From assembly GCA_964465205.1 (NCBI GenBank), contig CAYXJO010000007.1, positions 5,228 to 69,227 of the forward strand: a DNA stretch of 64,000 bases, read 5' to 3'. The notes beneath the pieces were generated by a model. That model had not been told where the DNA came from. It saw nothing but the letters and a program-made list of their open reading frames with translations, and ran no database searches. Shown here piece after piece: positions 35,340-45,078 of this stretch (the first letter of the stretch is position 1; each line of letters begins with the position of its first letter). The position numbers and the translations under genes are program-made. This DNA comes from an uncultured Gammaproteobacteria bacterium (GTDB taxonomy: Bacteria > Patescibacteriota > Patescibacteriia > Magasanikbacterales > GWA2-37-8).

Positions 35340-36731
35340 GTGACTAAATTGAAAGAAGAATGTGCGGTATACGGTGTATGCGGTTATCATAATGCGGTCA
35401 ATCCTGTGGTTGAAGGACTGTATTCTCTGCAACATCGCGGGCAAGAAGGGAGCGGAATCGCAGTGGTGGCTCCAGATAGCCAATTGATCGTGGTGAAAAA
35501 GCCCGGGTTGGTGAGCGACTCTTACGGAGAATTAGAACGCCGGAAGTTGGCTGGTAAGGTGGCCATTGGCCACACCCGCTATTCGACTGCCGGCGGCTTG
35601 TCGCTTCTCAACCCCCACCCCTTTGTGGTGAACAACCCGCCCTTGGCCGGTTGTTGGAATGGCAACATTCCGCGCCCCACCTATGATTACTGGCGAGATT
35701 ACCTCAAAGATAAGTGGTGCGATTTCGACACCGAGAACGACGGCGAGTTGTTGGTGCGCCTGTTGGCACACCGACTGTACTCTGGCGACGACATGGTCGC
35801 CGCCGTGCGTTGGCTGTTCCAAAACGTGACTGGTGCTTACTCCGGTCTACTGCTCCATGACGGCAAAATGTACGCCGTACGCGACCCGCTCGGTTACCGG
35901 CCGTTGGTCTTTGGTGACCGCGGCAAATCTTGGGTGGTCTCTTCAGAGACGGTCGGGCTCGACATTATCAAAGCCCGGCATCACCAAGAAGTGCAACCCG
36001 GCGAACTCGTGGAATTCGCGGTTGGGCAAAAGCCGATACACTACCAATTGGCCCAGAGCGACCTGCGTCGATTCTGCATCTTCGAATTGATCTATTTCGC
36101 TCGGCCCGATTCGGTCGTGTTCAACATTCCGGTGGGGCATGGCTTTCGTCGTGCACTCGGTAAACGCATGTACCATCAGTACGGATGCGATCTGGATATC
36201 GACGTGGTCATCCCGGTGCCAGACTCGGCCAACGATTTTGCACTCGGCTATCACGAGGCCTCGGGAGTACCGCTCGGCTTTGGTCTGCGTCGCAACCATT
36301 ATGTCGGACGTACCTTCATCGAGCCCAAGAAAAAACGCGCGCCCAAAGTGCGCCGCAAGCTCAACCCAGATCGCGCCGTGATCGCTGGTAAACGCGTGCT
36401 GATTATTGACGATTCGATCGTTCGTAGTACCACGATGCTCAAAATCGTGCGCATGCTACGTCGCAACGGTGCCAAAGAGGTGCATGTGCTTATCGGTTCG
36501 CCGCTAATCACTCATTCGTGTTATTTTGGTGTCGATACACCAGATCGCGATGAATTGGTGGCGGCTCAAAATGATGTCGATGGCATCCGTCGTCTGATCG
36601 AGGCGGATACGTTGCAATATGTCACCATTCAAGATTTACGCAGTACCGTGCTTGATTTGGGTGCAAAGCCTGATCATTTCTGCGGTGCGTGCTTTAGCGG
36701 CGACTACCATCCGACGCCGGTTCCAGGCTAA
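35340..36731 (+). CDS. purF: Amidophosphoribosyltransferase (glutamine PRPP amidotransferase)
   Basis: Ntn Cys in EECAVYGVCG after a short propeptide, then LQHRGQEGSGIAV, and the PRTase motif VLIIDDSIVRSTT. GTG at 35340 has AGGAGG 6 nt upstream. The listed ATG 35301 is in frame as an alternative. Confidence 0.8.
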   Translation: MTKLKEECAVYGVCGYHNAVNPVVEGLYSLQHRGQEGSGIAVVAPDSQLIVVKKPGLVSDSYGELERRKLAGKVAIGHTRYSTAGGLSLLNPHPFVVNNPPLAGCWNGNIPRPTYDYWRDYLKDKWCDFDTENDGELLVRLLAHRLYSGDDMVAAVRWLFQNVTGAYSGLLLHDGKMYAVRDPLGYRPLVFGDRGKSWVVSSETVGLDIIKARHHQEVQPGELVEFAVGQKPIHYQLAQSDLRRFCIFELIYFARPDSVVFNIPVGHGFRRALGKRMYHQYGCDLDIDVVIPVPDSANDFALGYHEASGVPLGFGLRRNHYVGRTFIEPKKKRAPKVRRKLNPDRAVIAGKRVLIIDDSIVRSTTMLKIVRMLRRNGAKEVHVLIGSPLITHSCYFGVDTPDRDELVAAQNDVDGIRRLIEADTLQYVTIQDLRSTVLDLGAKPDHFCGACFSGDYHPTPVPG

Positions 36732-36757
36732 ACCACCCGTTAGATAAGGAGTAAAAC

Positions 36758-36795
36758 TCTCCCGGCAGGCGTTCGCGCTTGCCGGATTTTTTAAA
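36758..36795 (+). terminator. Intrinsic terminator after purF (ccggcaggcg ttcg cgcttgccgg then T-run)
   Basis: 10-bp stem with one G-U pair, followed by attttttaaaattt. Confidence 0.55.
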
Positions 36796-36902
36796 ATTTG
36801 ACGCCATTTTTTTCGTTTGATATAATCCCAGACGATAAGTCGGGCTTAGATTGTTCCAGTTTTATAAACTAAACCCGCGTCCTATTTTTCAACTATTTTT
36901 TT

Positions 36903-37400
36903 ATGAAAGAAAAACAGCTTAATAGAATCATGCGTTTGGTGCGCAATACCGGTGATCGATTAGTGATTTTGGATCGCGAGTCAGACGAAACCATGGTAAT
37001 GATGAATCTGGATGAATATGAAAATTTGTTAGAAGGCGGATGTGATTGTGGCTGTGATGATGGCAATGACGATTGGGGGCGAGAAGATGATGAGGTTGAA
37101 ATTAACAATGATTGGGTAGAGCATGAAGAAAAGATTAATCATCCAGATGCTTCGTTAGATGACTCTATTTCTGCACCAGATGCAGAAATAGATCTGCCAA
37201 CAGATTATGCAGAGCCGGACGTTCCACCGGCGGAAGAACCAACCATATCGCCGTTGCCAGACACAATTATAAAATCCGAAGTAAGACCGTTGCGTTCTGG
37301 TAGTATGGACAGTATTGGGGCTATTTTAAACGAAGAACCTTTGAGCGATGTGCCCCATGAAGAAGCCGAAGAGCCATTTCTCCTCGAACCGGTGGAATAA
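36903..37400 (+). CDS. Acidic hypothetical protein with Phd/YefM-antitoxin-like N-terminal segment and a long D/E-rich tail
   Basis: RLVRNTGDRLVILDRESDETMVMMNLDEYENLLE resembles the YefM/Phd fold start. CDCGCDDGNDDWGREDDE and an acidic tail follow. No toxin partner is adjacent. Confidence 0.4.
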   Translation: MKEKQLNRIMRLVRNTGDRLVILDRESDETMVMMNLDEYENLLEGGCDCGCDDGNDDWGREDDEVEINNDWVEHEEKINHPDASLDDSISAPDAEIDLPTDYAEPDVPPAEEPTISPLPDTIIKSEVRPLRSGSMDSIGAILNEEPLSDVPHEEAEEPFLLEPVE

Positions 37401-37419
37401 TCCACAATCTATCCCCAAA

Positions 37420-37455
37420 GCCGCCCTTGACAAATCGGGCGGTTTTGTTATAATA
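37420..37455 (+). promoter_or_regulatory. Terminator hairpin (gccgccc...gggcgg then T-run) with an embedded consensus promoter (TTGACA - 16 nt - TATAAT) for tuf
   Basis: aaagccgcccTTGACAaatcgggcggttttgtTATAATaatc. The -35 element lies in the hairpin loop. Confidence 0.55.
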
Positions 37456-37582
37456 ATCACGCTGTCAAAAGCAAAATTTTTGTTTAATACAAAGATCGGT
37501 CATTTTTGGTCGATCAAAATTACGCGGCTGGACAACAAATCTTGCCCGACCACTCGGGGAAGTGCCGTGAACATTTAACACT

Positions 37583-38773
37583 ATGGCTGAGTTTCAACGA
37601 ACAAAGCCCCATGTTAATGTAGGTACCATTGGTCACGTCGATCATGGTAAAACAACATTGACTGCTGCAATTTTGCAGACTTTGAACGCCCGTGGTGGCG
37701 TCGCCCAGAAAAAGGGTGTAGATGATTTGGATAAAGCTCCTGAGTCCAAGGCGCGTGGTATTACTATTTCCACCGCTCACGTGGAGTACGAGACTGACGG
37801 TCGCCATTATGCGCACGTCGATTGTCCCGGTCATGCCGATTATGTAAAAAACATGATCACTGGTGCTGCTCAGATGGATGGCGCTATCTTGGTTGTTTCT
37901 GCCGCTGATGGCCCAATGCCGCAGACTCGCGAACACATCGTGCTCGCTCGTCAGGTGGGCGTGCCTTATATCGTGGTATTTTTGAACAAAGTTGATCAAG
38001 TTTCCGATCCGGAGCTTGTAGACTTGGTAGAATCCGAAGTACGCGATTTGCTCAAAAAATATAAATTCCCTGGTGATACTACCCCGATTATCCGTGGTAG
38101 CGCTTTGCAAGCTTTGCAAAACCCGACCGATGAAGCGGCCACCAAACCGATCATGGAACTCCTCAAAACTTTGGATGAATATATTCCTCAGCCAGAGCGT
38201 GCAGTGGACAAGCCGTTCCTCATGCCGGTGGAAGATGTGTTCTCTATTGAGGGCCGTGGTACCGTAGTAACTGGTCGTATTGAACGTGGTATGATCAAAC
38301 TCAACGACGAAGTTGAAATCGTCGGTTTGAAAGAAGATGTTCAAAAGACCGTAGTAACCGGTATTGAAATGTTCAACAAATCTCTCAAAGAAGGTCAAGC
38401 TGGTGATAACGCCGGTCTCTTGCTTCGTGGTACCAAAAAGGAAGATGTGGAACGTGGTATGGTTTTGGCCAAACCGGGTTCTATTACTCCTCACACCGAA
38501 TACGAAGCTAATGTGTATATCTTGACCAAAGAAGAGGGTGGTCGTCATAAACCGTTTTTCGCTGGTTATAAACCGCAGTTTTATATTCGTACCACCGATG
38601 TTACTGGTGAAGTGACTTTGCCGGCCGGCACCGAAATGGTTATGCCTGGCGACACTGTCAATATCACTATCAAACTCATCGCTCCGGTTGCCTTGGAAGA
38701 CAAGATGAACTTCGCTATTCGCGAAGGTGGCCGCACCGTTGGTGCTGGTGTAGTAACTAAAATTATTAAATAA
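37583..38773 (+). CDS. tuf: Elongation factor Tu
   Basis: [25 protein letters not shown], 396 aa. The antisense ORF 37520..39082 is a shadow. Confidence 0.97.
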   Translation: MAEFQRTKPHVNVGTIGHVDHGKTTLTAAILQTLNARGGVAQKKGVDDLDKAPESKARGITISTAHVEYETDGRHYAHVDCPGHADYVKNMITGAAQMDGAILVVSAADGPMPQTREHIVLARQVGVPYIVVFLNKVDQVSDPELVDLVESEVRDLLKKYKFPGDTTPIIRGSALQALQNPTDEAATKPIMELLKTLDEYIPQPERAVDKPFLMPVEDVFSIEGRGTVVTGRIERGMIKLNDEVEIVGLKEDVQKTVVTGIEMFNKSLKEGQAGDNAGLLLRGTKKEDVERGMVLAKPGSITPHTEYEANVYILTKEEGGRHKPFFAGYKPQFYIRTTDVTGEVTLPAGTEMVMPGDTVNITIKLIAPVALEDKMNFAIREGGRTVGAGVVTKIIK

Positions 38774-38783
38774 ACGGATAAGT

Positions 38784-38815
38784 AGAGACGCCCCGAGTAG
38801 GGGCGTCTCTACTGC
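38784..38815 (+). other. Strong stem-loop (gtagagacgcccc gagt aggggcgtctctac) between tuf and rpsJ
   Basis: Perfect 13-bp stem with a 4-nt loop. Only a weak U-tract follows. Probably an attenuator or stabiliser rather than a full terminator. Confidence 0.5.
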
Positions 38816-38839
38816 TTCCGGGTTCCTTTGTGTTCCTTT

Positions 38840-39181
38840 ATGACTAATGCAAATCAACAACCAAAAAAAGAAGAAGGAGTAAATCGTATTCGCATCAAAA
38901 TTCGCGCTTACGATAATCGTATCATTGATCAGGCCGCCAAGACTATTATTGAAACTGCCGAGCGCAATGATGCCAAAGTAATTGGTCCAGTACCGCTTCC
39001 GACCGAGAAAACCAAATTCACCGTGAATCGTTCTACGTTTATTCACAAGAATGCTCGCGAACAATTCGAAATGCGCGTGCATAAACGTTTGATTGATATT
39101 ATGGGTGCGACTCCGAAATGTGTCGACGCTCTTATGAGTTTGAATTTGCCGGCTGGTGTGGATATTGAGATCAAAATGTAA
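38840..39181 (+). CDS. rpsJ: 30S ribosomal protein S10
   Basis: [72 protein letters not shown]. Start trimmed to MTNANQQ. Confidence 0.9.
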   Translation: MTNANQQPKKEEGVNRIRIKIRAYDNRIIDQAAKTIIETAERNDAKVIGPVPLPTEKTKFTVNRSTFIHKNAREQFEMRVHKRLIDIMGATPKCVDALMSLNLPAGVDIEIKM

Positions 39182-39245
39182 GTAGGTAATTTTTAGCTGA
39201 TTTTAGCTAAAAAAAGGTTGTCTAGGTATATGGCCTGGGCACTCC

Positions 39246-39281
39246 TTGACAAAGTTTAAGTTTTGTGCTAATATTAGCACA
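39246..39281 (+). promoter_or_regulatory. Consensus promoter (TTGACA - 17 nt - TAATAT) whose -10 is embedded in a perfect 18-bp palindrome tgtgctaat|attagcaca (39264-39281), a putative operator
   Basis: ccTTGACAaagtttaagttttgtgcTAATATtagcaca. The palindrome has 9-bp half-sites, a typical repressor operator geometry, inside the unusually long rpsJ-rplC spacer. Confidence 0.55.
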
Positions 39282-39443
39282 AGTTTTGCCATTGATTTTC
39301 GGGTAAATAAGATCTAGTTAGAAAACATTTACGAGAAAGCAAAATGGCATTGGGAGAAAAATATTGAAAATACATAAAAACAAAGCCTATTAAATCCGAT
39401 TTTTCGGATTGTGTCTGCGCATCCATTGGATGTGTGGAAGAGG

Positions 39444-39494
39444 CTAGAAGCGAGAATGACGAGAAACCTCGGTATTTTCACTTCTAGTTTTTTG
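39444..39494 (+). promoter_or_regulatory. Leader attenuator / terminator-like hairpin (ctagaag...cttctag then TTTTTTG) in the about 260-nt leader upstream of rplC
   Basis: 7 to 8-bp stem closing a 28-nt structured loop, followed by a U-run. Further hairpins are nearby (aatccgattttttcggatt, ctccgtt...aacggag). Analogous to the L4-controlled S10 leader. Confidence 0.45.
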
Positions 39495-39561
39495 TTAAAT
39501 AATTTTTAATTCGTTATCTCCGTTTACTTTTGGGATGGGAACGGAGCAATGACAAATTTAT

Positions 39562-40266
39562 ATGAAGTTTATTCTAGGACAAAAACTCGGCATGACCCAG
39601 GTGTTCATGGCGGATGGCACAGTGGTGCCAGTGACACGCGTACAGGCTGGACCTTGCGCTATCGTACAAATTAAGGACGGGACCAAAGATAATGCCAAAG
39701 CAATTCAGGTTGGTTTTGGCGATATCCGCGAATTTCGTTTAAATAAACCGCAAACCGGCCATTTGAAAGATCTGTCTCCGGTGCGTTGGTTGCGCGATTT
39801 TTCTGTAGAAACTACTGAAAATCTTGATCGCGGCGACTTAATTACAGTCGATACATTTGCCAATGGTGATGTAGTAGAGGTGATTGGCGTGAGCAAGGGC
39901 AAGGGTTTTGCCGGTGTGGTAAAACGTCATCATTTTCGTGGTGGTCCTGCTTCTCACGGTCATAAAGACAATTTGCGTGCCCCAGGTTCTATTGGCGCCG
40001 GTGGCGTTCAGCGCGTATTCAAAGGTATGCGCATGGCCGGACGTATGGGCGGTGATCAGGTGACTGTAAAAAATTTGAAAATTGTTGAAGTTCATCCGGA
40101 AACCAACGAGATTTATGTGAAAGGTGCCGTGCCGGGCGCTCGCAATGGTATGCTCATGATAATCGGTAATGGTGAATTAAAAATCCAAAAAAAGAATATC
40201 AAAAAGGAAGAGCCTGTGGTCGAGGCCGCTCCGGTAGAAACTAAAACCGAAGAGGCTGCCGCTTAA
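39562..40266 (+). CDS. rplC: 50S ribosomal protein L3
   Basis: MKFILGQKLGMTQVF..., with Gly-rich loop GGPASHGHKDNLRAPGSIGAGG. 234 aa. Confidence 0.93.
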   Translation: MKFILGQKLGMTQVFMADGTVVPVTRVQAGPCAIVQIKDGTKDNAKAIQVGFGDIREFRLNKPQTGHLKDLSPVRWLRDFSVETTENLDRGDLITVDTFANGDVVEVIGVSKGKGFAGVVKRHHFRGGPASHGHKDNLRAPGSIGAGGVQRVFKGMRMAGRMGGDQVTVKNLKIVEVHPETNEIYVKGAVPGARNGMLMIIGNGELKIQKKNIKKEEPVVEAAPVETKTEEAAA

Positions 40267-40294
40267 TTGCGTTACGCTTTTCTATCCTATTTAT

Positions 40295-40921
40295 ATGAAA
40301 ACAAAAGTATATAATCTCGAAGGTAAGGCTGTAAGTGATATCGAATTGTCCGATAAAGTTTTTGGTGTAAAAATAAAACCGGAAGTAGTGCACCAAGTAT
40401 TTGTACAACAGACCAACAACCAGCGCGAACCTTGGGCTGACACCAAAAGCAAAGGCGAAGTGAGCGGTGGTGGTAAAAAACCTTGGAAACAGAAGGGTAC
40501 TGGCCGCGCTCGTCACGGATCTTCTCGCTCTCCGATTTGGAAAGGTGGCGGTGTAGTATTTGGTCCGCGCACTGATCGCAATTATAAAACCAAAATCAAT
40601 AAAAAAACTCGCCAATTGGCGATTCGTATGTGTTTGTCTGACAAGGCTCAAACCAACCATTTGTTGGTGATAGAGAATTTGTCATTTGATGCTCCGAAAA
40701 CTAAATTATTGACCACCTTGCTCAAATCTTTGCCCAAGTTCAAGAATCTTTTGATTCTTACTTCCGGCAAGAACGAAATGATTATGCGCATGGCGGAAAA
40801 TATTTCAAAGGTCAAAGTGTGGCGTGCCGAAGATGTGAATGTGATGGAATTGCTGGCCAAAGATACCGTACTCACCACCAAAGACGGTGTGCTTAAATTG
40901 GAACAAACTTTTGCCAAATAA
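40295..40921 (+). CDS. rplD: 50S ribosomal protein L4
   Basis: 208-aa ORF between rplC and rplW. GGGKKPWKQKGTGRARHGSSRSPIWKGGGVVFGP is L4-like. Confidence 0.9.
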   Translation: MKTKVYNLEGKAVSDIELSDKVFGVKIKPEVVHQVFVQQTNNQREPWADTKSKGEVSGGGKKPWKQKGTGRARHGSSRSPIWKGGGVVFGPRTDRNYKTKINKKTRQLAIRMCLSDKAQTNHLLVIENLSFDAPKTKLLTTLLKSLPKFKNLLILTSGKNEMIMRMAENISKVKVWRAEDVNVMELLAKDTVLTTKDGVLKLEQTFAK

Positions 40922-40924
40922 TTT

Positions 40925-41413
40925 TTGAAACATATGGGAATATTAGATCGCTGGACAAAAAAGAATGAGCAAGAAAAATTGAAGGATTTGGACAAGAGAA
41001 GTGACAAACCGGTCAAATCTACTAAAGTTACCAAATCTACCAAGAAAACTACAGCCGCTTCGGTTACGGAAAAATCTGCTGAAAAAACTGTGACCACTTC
41101 GGTAGCAAAAAAAGCAGTAAAACCAGAAGGTATTGCTTATAAAATTTTGATTCGTCCTTTGGTTACCGAAAAATCCGCAGTAATGGAAAGTTATAATAAA
41201 TATAGTTTTATCGTGAGCCGTGGTGCTACTAAAGATCAGGTGAAACAGGCGGTTGCCGAGGCTTATGGTGTTCGTCCGACTACGGTCAACATGATCAATG
41301 TAGATGGTAAAAATGTGCGTTTCGGTCGTGGTTATGGTCGTCGTAGTGACTACAAAAAGGCCATTATTACTTTGGCATCCGGTCAAACGATCGCTATTCA
41401 CGAAGGTGTTTAA
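40925..41413 (+). CDS. rplW: 50S ribosomal protein L23 with about 65-aa Lys-rich N-terminal extension
   Basis: Core YKILIRPLVTEKSAVMESYNKYSFIVSRGATKDQVKQAVAEAYGVRPTTVNMI matches L23. The N-terminal extension is K/T/S-rich. Confidence 0.85.
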   Translation: MKHMGILDRWTKKNEQEKLKDLDKRSDKPVKSTKVTKSTKKTTAASVTEKSAEKTVTTSVAKKAVKPEGIAYKILIRPLVTEKSAVMESYNKYSFIVSRGATKDQVKQAVAEAYGVRPTTVNMINVDGKNVRFGRGYGRRSDYKKAIITLASGQTIAIHEGV

Positions 41414-41434
41414 AATTATTTTGCCTTTATACAT

Positions 41435-42277
41435 ATGGGAATTAAAATATACAAACCAACCAGCCCCGGTCGTCGCAAATCCAGTGTGGATGATTTTTCC
41501 GATATCACCAAATCCAAGCCAGAGAAATCTTTGGTTACTATTTTGCAACCGAAATCTGGCCGCAACAACCAAGGCGTAATCACCGTTCGTCATCAAGGTG
41601 GCGGGGTGAAAAAATTCTATCGTTTGGTAGATTTCAAACAACAAAAGTTTAATATTGAAGCCGAGGTGATCGCCATCGAATACGATCCGAATCGCAGTCC
41701 ACGCATCGCTTTGATTCGCTATACCGATAATACCAAAGCATATATTCTTTGTCCGACCAGCATGAAAGTAGGGGACAAAGTTATGTTTTCTGATAAAGCT
41801 ATCGAAGCCAAAAATGGCTGCCGCATGCCACTAGAATTTATTCCAGTCGGTTTGTTTGTCCACAACATTGAAATGACACCAGGTAAGGGTGGTCAAATTG
41901 TGCGTAGTGCTGGCCTCGGAGCTCAACTCTCTGGTTTTGAAGGCAAATATGCTCAGATTCGTTTGCCGTCCGGTGAAATTCGTTCAATTCTAAAAGAATG
42001 TGCCGCCTCCATTGGCATGCTCGGCAACGCCGATCATCGTTTGGTGCGTTATGGTAAAGCCGGTCGCCGACGTCACATGGGTATTAAGCCGCGCGTCAAA
42101 GGTAAAAATATGAACCCGGTTGATCACCCGCATGGTGGTGGTGAGGGCCATTCTCCTATTGGTCAGAAACGTGGTCCGCAAACTATTTATGGTAAGACCG
42201 CTATGGGTGTCAAGACTCGCAAACCGAGTAAATGGAGCGATAAATTTATTATTAAATCCAGACGTAATAAAGTTTAA
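41435..42277 (+). CDS. rplB: 50S ribosomal protein L2
   Basis: [16 protein letters not shown]...[24 protein letters not shown], 280 aa. Confidence 0.95.
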   Translation: MGIKIYKPTSPGRRKSSVDDFSDITKSKPEKSLVTILQPKSGRNNQGVITVRHQGGGVKKFYRLVDFKQQKFNIEAEVIAIEYDPNRSPRIALIRYTDNTKAYILCPTSMKVGDKVMFSDKAIEAKNGCRMPLEFIPVGLFVHNIEMTPGKGGQIVRSAGLGAQLSGFEGKYAQIRLPSGEIRSILKECAASIGMLGNADHRLVRYGKAGRRRHMGIKPRVKGKNMNPVDHPHGGGEGHSPIGQKRGPQTIYGKTAMGVKTRKPSKWSDKFIIKSRRNKV

Positions 42278-42282
42278 AACAT

Positions 42283-42606
42283 ATGTCCAGAAGCTTAAAA
42301 AAAGGACCTTATCTCGACCCGCGCGTACTCGCTAAAGTTGCCAAAGTGAAAACTTCCGGCAAACGCGAGAATATTAAAACTTGGTCACGCGCCTGTGTAA
42401 TCGCGCCAGAAATGGTAGGTTTGACTTTTGCTGTGCACAATGGCAAAGAGTTCTTGAATGTATTCGTAGAAGAAAATATGGTCGGACATCGTTTGGGTGA
42501 GTTTGCTCCTACCAAGAAATTTATTGTTCACGGTGGTAAGATGGCCAAAGAACAAGAGGCCGCTGCTGCTGCCAAAGCTGCTGCTCCGGCTGCTGCCAAA
42601 AAATAA
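42283..42606 (+). CDS. rpsS: 30S ribosomal protein S19 with Ala/Lys-rich C-terminal tail
   Basis: [16 protein letters not shown]...[30 protein letters not shown]. Confidence 0.93.
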   Translation: MSRSLKKGPYLDPRVLAKVAKVKTSGKRENIKTWSRACVIAPEMVGLTFAVHNGKEFLNVFVEENMVGHRLGEFAPTKKFIVHGGKMAKEQEAAAAAKAAAPAAAKK

Positions 42607-42628
42607 TCGCACCTAATTTTCATATTTT

Positions 42629-43024
42629 ATGACCAAAGAAATAACCGCTAAACTAAGCTATCTCAAAATCGGTCCGCGCAAGGTGCGTTTGGTGGCTGAT
42701 CTTATTCGTGGCCGTAGTGTTTTGCGCGCTACCGCCGCTTTGTCGCTACTCAATAAGCACGCTGCTTTGCCGATGCTCAAATTGTTGAATTCTGCCGTGG
42801 CCAACGCCAAGCATAATTTTCAGATTGAAAAAGAACATTTGAAAGTGGCCAAAGTGACTGTTGATGGTGGTCCGGTTTTGAAACGCTGGATGCCCAAGGC
42901 CCATGGTCGTGCCACTCCGATTCGTGAACGTACCAGCCATATTAATTTGACACTGGTCGAAGTGCCGTTCGTGGAGAGAAAAGCCAAAGTCAAGAAGGCT
43001 GATAAAAAAACCGATAAAAAATAA
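42629..43024 (+). CDS. rplV: 50S ribosomal protein L22
   Basis: LKIGPRKVRLVADLIRGRSVLRATAALSLLNKHAA...KRWMPKAHGRATPIRERTSHI. Confidence 0.92.
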   Translation: MTKEITAKLSYLKIGPRKVRLVADLIRGRSVLRATAALSLLNKHAALPMLKLLNSAVANAKHNFQIEKEHLKVAKVTVDGGPVLKRWMPKAHGRATPIRERTSHINLTLVEVPFVERKAKVKKADKKTDKK

Positions 43025-43035
43025 TTTTCAAATCT

Positions 43036-43734
43036 ATGGGTCACAAAGTACATCCAATTATCCACCGTACCCCGTTTATTTTTAACTGGGATTCACGCTG
43101 GTTTGCTCGCGGCAAGGATATGCCGAAATTTTTGCAACAGGAAGTAGCTGTGCGAAAATTAGTGGCAAAAAAATTCAAAGAAGCTGGAGTAGATGCTGTT
43201 AGTGTCGAACGTACGCCCAAAGAAGTGGTCGTGACTATTATTGCTGCCAAACCGGGTGTTATCATTGGTCGCAGTGGTCAAGGTTTGGAAGTCGTGCGTA
43301 AAGAAATCGAGAAGAACATTTTGCAATTTAAATCCAAAGTCAAAATAAATATTCAAGCTTTGAAACAACCGGCATTATCGGCACAAGTGGTAGCCCAGAG
43401 CGCTGCCGATGAAATCGAGCGTCGTATACCGTTTCGTCGTGTGATGAAACAAGCGATTGAGAAAGTAATGTCAGCCGGAGCTCAAGGTGTGAAGATTAAA
43501 ATGGCCGGACGTCTCAATGGCGTAGAAATTGCTCGTCGTGAAGTATTGTCTGCCGGCAAAATGTCTTTGATCACTTTGCGTTCGCATGTTGATTATGCTT
43601 TTGTGGAAGCCAATACTATTTATGGTAAAATCGGTGTTAAAGTTTGGATCTATTTAGGTGAAGCTTTTGGTCGTCGTGATAAATTTGAAAAGAAAGAAGA
43701 GGGCGAACAAGACACTCACACTAAACGTAAATAA
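43036..43734 (+). CDS. rpsC: 30S ribosomal protein S3
   Basis: MGHKVHPIIHRTPFIFNWDSRWFA (KH domain start). 232 aa. Confidence 0.93.
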   Translation: MGHKVHPIIHRTPFIFNWDSRWFARGKDMPKFLQQEVAVRKLVAKKFKEAGVDAVSVERTPKEVVVTIIAAKPGVIIGRSGQGLEVVRKEIEKNILQFKSKVKINIQALKQPALSAQVVAQSAADEIERRIPFRRVMKQAIEKVMSAGAQGVKIKMAGRLNGVEIARREVLSAGKMSLITLRSHVDYAFVEANTIYGKIGVKVWIYLGEAFGRRDKFEKKEEGEQDTHTKRK

Positions 43735-43751
43735 AATAATTTTGCAAATAT

Positions 43752-44165
43752 ATGTTGTTACCGAAAAAAGTTAAACATCGTAAATGGCAAAAGGGCCGCA
43801 AACGCGGGTTGGGTGTAGCCCAACGCACGAATGCTGTCAGTTTTGGAGAATTCGGGCTTAAAAGCGAAACTCACGGTTGGGTTACTAGCCGTCAAATCGA
43901 AGCTGTCCGTCGTGTTTTGACTCGTTATGTTCGTCGTGGTGGCAAAATTTGGATTCGCGTCTTCCCAGATCGTCCAGTAACTATGAAAGGTAATGAAACC
44001 CCAATGGGTGGCGGCAAGGGAAGTCCGGATCATTATGTTGCCGTACTTAAACCGGGCACCGTGTTATTTGAAATGGGCGGTATTACCAAAGAATCCGCTT
44101 CTGAAGCAATGAAGTTGGCCGGTTATAAATTGGGTATCAAGACTAAATTTGTAGTGAAACAATAA
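43752..44165 (+). CDS. rplP: 50S ribosomal protein L16
   Basis: [19 protein letters not shown]...[18 protein letters not shown]. Confidence 0.93.
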   Translation: MLLPKKVKHRKWQKGRKRGLGVAQRTNAVSFGEFGLKSETHGWVTSRQIEAVRRVLTRYVRRGGKIWIRVFPDRPVTMKGNETPMGGGKGSPDHYVAVLKPGTVLFEMGGITKESASEAMKLAGYKLGIKTKFVVKQ

Positions 44166-44181
44166 TTCTAATCAAACAAAT

Positions 44182-44376
44182 ATGGATTTTGCCGATATCA
44201 AAAATAAATCAATCAAAGAATTACGCGAACTCATCGACATTACTCGCGAGGAGTTGCGTGGTTTACGTTTCAAAGCGCACAGTCGCCAATTGAAGCAGGT
44301 AAAACAATTGACTGCCGCCAAACAGATAGTTGCTCGCGCTCAGATGGTATTGGCTCAGAAATTAAAACAGCAATAA
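44182..44376 (+). CDS. rpmC: 50S ribosomal protein L29
   Basis: 64-aa helical protein in the conserved position after rplP (ELRELIDITREELRGLRFKA). Confidence 0.85.
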   Translation: MDFADIKNKSIKELRELIDITREELRGLRFKAHSRQLKQVKQLTAAKQIVARAQMVLAQKLKQQ

Positions 44377-44395
44377 TTTTTTGTAAATATTTAAT

Positions 44396-44674
44396 ATGGT
44401 TAAAAAATCTGAAAACAAACCAGTGGTTAAAACCAAAGCTGTTGAGCGCGTCTTCTCTGGATTGGTGCTCTCTACTGCTATGGCAAAAACCATTGTGGTG
44501 CGCGTTGATCGCATGAAGAATAACAGCAAATACCAGAAAGCAACACGTGTGAGCCGTAAGTATCATGTGCATGATGAAAAAGACTTGGCCAAAGTAGGCA
44601 ATACCGTGCGTTTTGTAGAGTGCCGACCGCTTTCTCGTACCAAACGTTGGCGCTTAAAAGAAATTGTCAAATAA
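44396..44674 (+). CDS. rpsQ: 30S ribosomal protein S17
   Basis: [42 protein letters not shown]. Confidence 0.9.
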   Translation: MVKKSENKPVVKTKAVERVFSGLVLSTAMAKTIVVRVDRMKNNSKYQKATRVSRKYHVHDEKDLAKVGNTVRFVECRPLSRTKRWRLKEIVK

Positions 44675-44684
44675 TACTCCCCAT

Positions 44685-45056
44685 ATGATTCAACATCGTT
44701 CAATGTTAACTGTGGCTGATAATTCTGGCGCGAAGTTACTGCAATGTATTCGCGTGTTGGGTGGCTACAAAAAACGTTATGCCCAAATTGGTGATATTAT
44801 CACCTGTGCCGTGAAAATGGCTGCTCCGCGCGGTATGGTAAAAAAAGGTGAAGTAGTACACGCGGTGATTGTACGTCAACATAAAGAAATTCGTCGTACT
44901 GACGGTACCTATATCCGTTTTGATGAGAATGCAGCGGTAGTAGTGGATAAGGCTTCAAAAGAACCCAAAGGAACTCGTATTTTTGGTCCGGTTGCGCGTG
45001 AATTGCGTACCAAGGGTTTTCAGAAGATTATTTCCTTGGCACCGGAAGTTTTGTAA
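44685..45056 (+). CDS. rplN: 50S ribosomal protein L14
   Basis: [27 protein letters not shown]. Start set at MIQ. Confidence 0.93.
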   Translation: MIQHRSMLTVADNSGAKLLQCIRVLGGYKKRYAQIGDIITCAVKMAAPRGMVKKGEVVHAVIVRQHKEIRRTDGTYIRFDENAAVVVDKASKEPKGTRIFGPVARELRTKGFQKIISLAPEVL

Positions 45057-45078
45057 ATAATTGTTTATCTCTTACTAT

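Noticed and set aside
37520-39082. 520-aa ORF on the minus strand, opposite tuf and rpsJ
   Set aside because: Antisense shadow ORF spanning two real genes and an intergenic hairpin. Low-complexity composition.
39198-39225. Hairpin ttttagct gatttt agctaaaa just after rpsJ, as a possible terminator
   Set aside because: The stem is followed by an A-run on the plus strand and is not followed by a U-run on either transcript. More likely an RNA stability element, or incidental.
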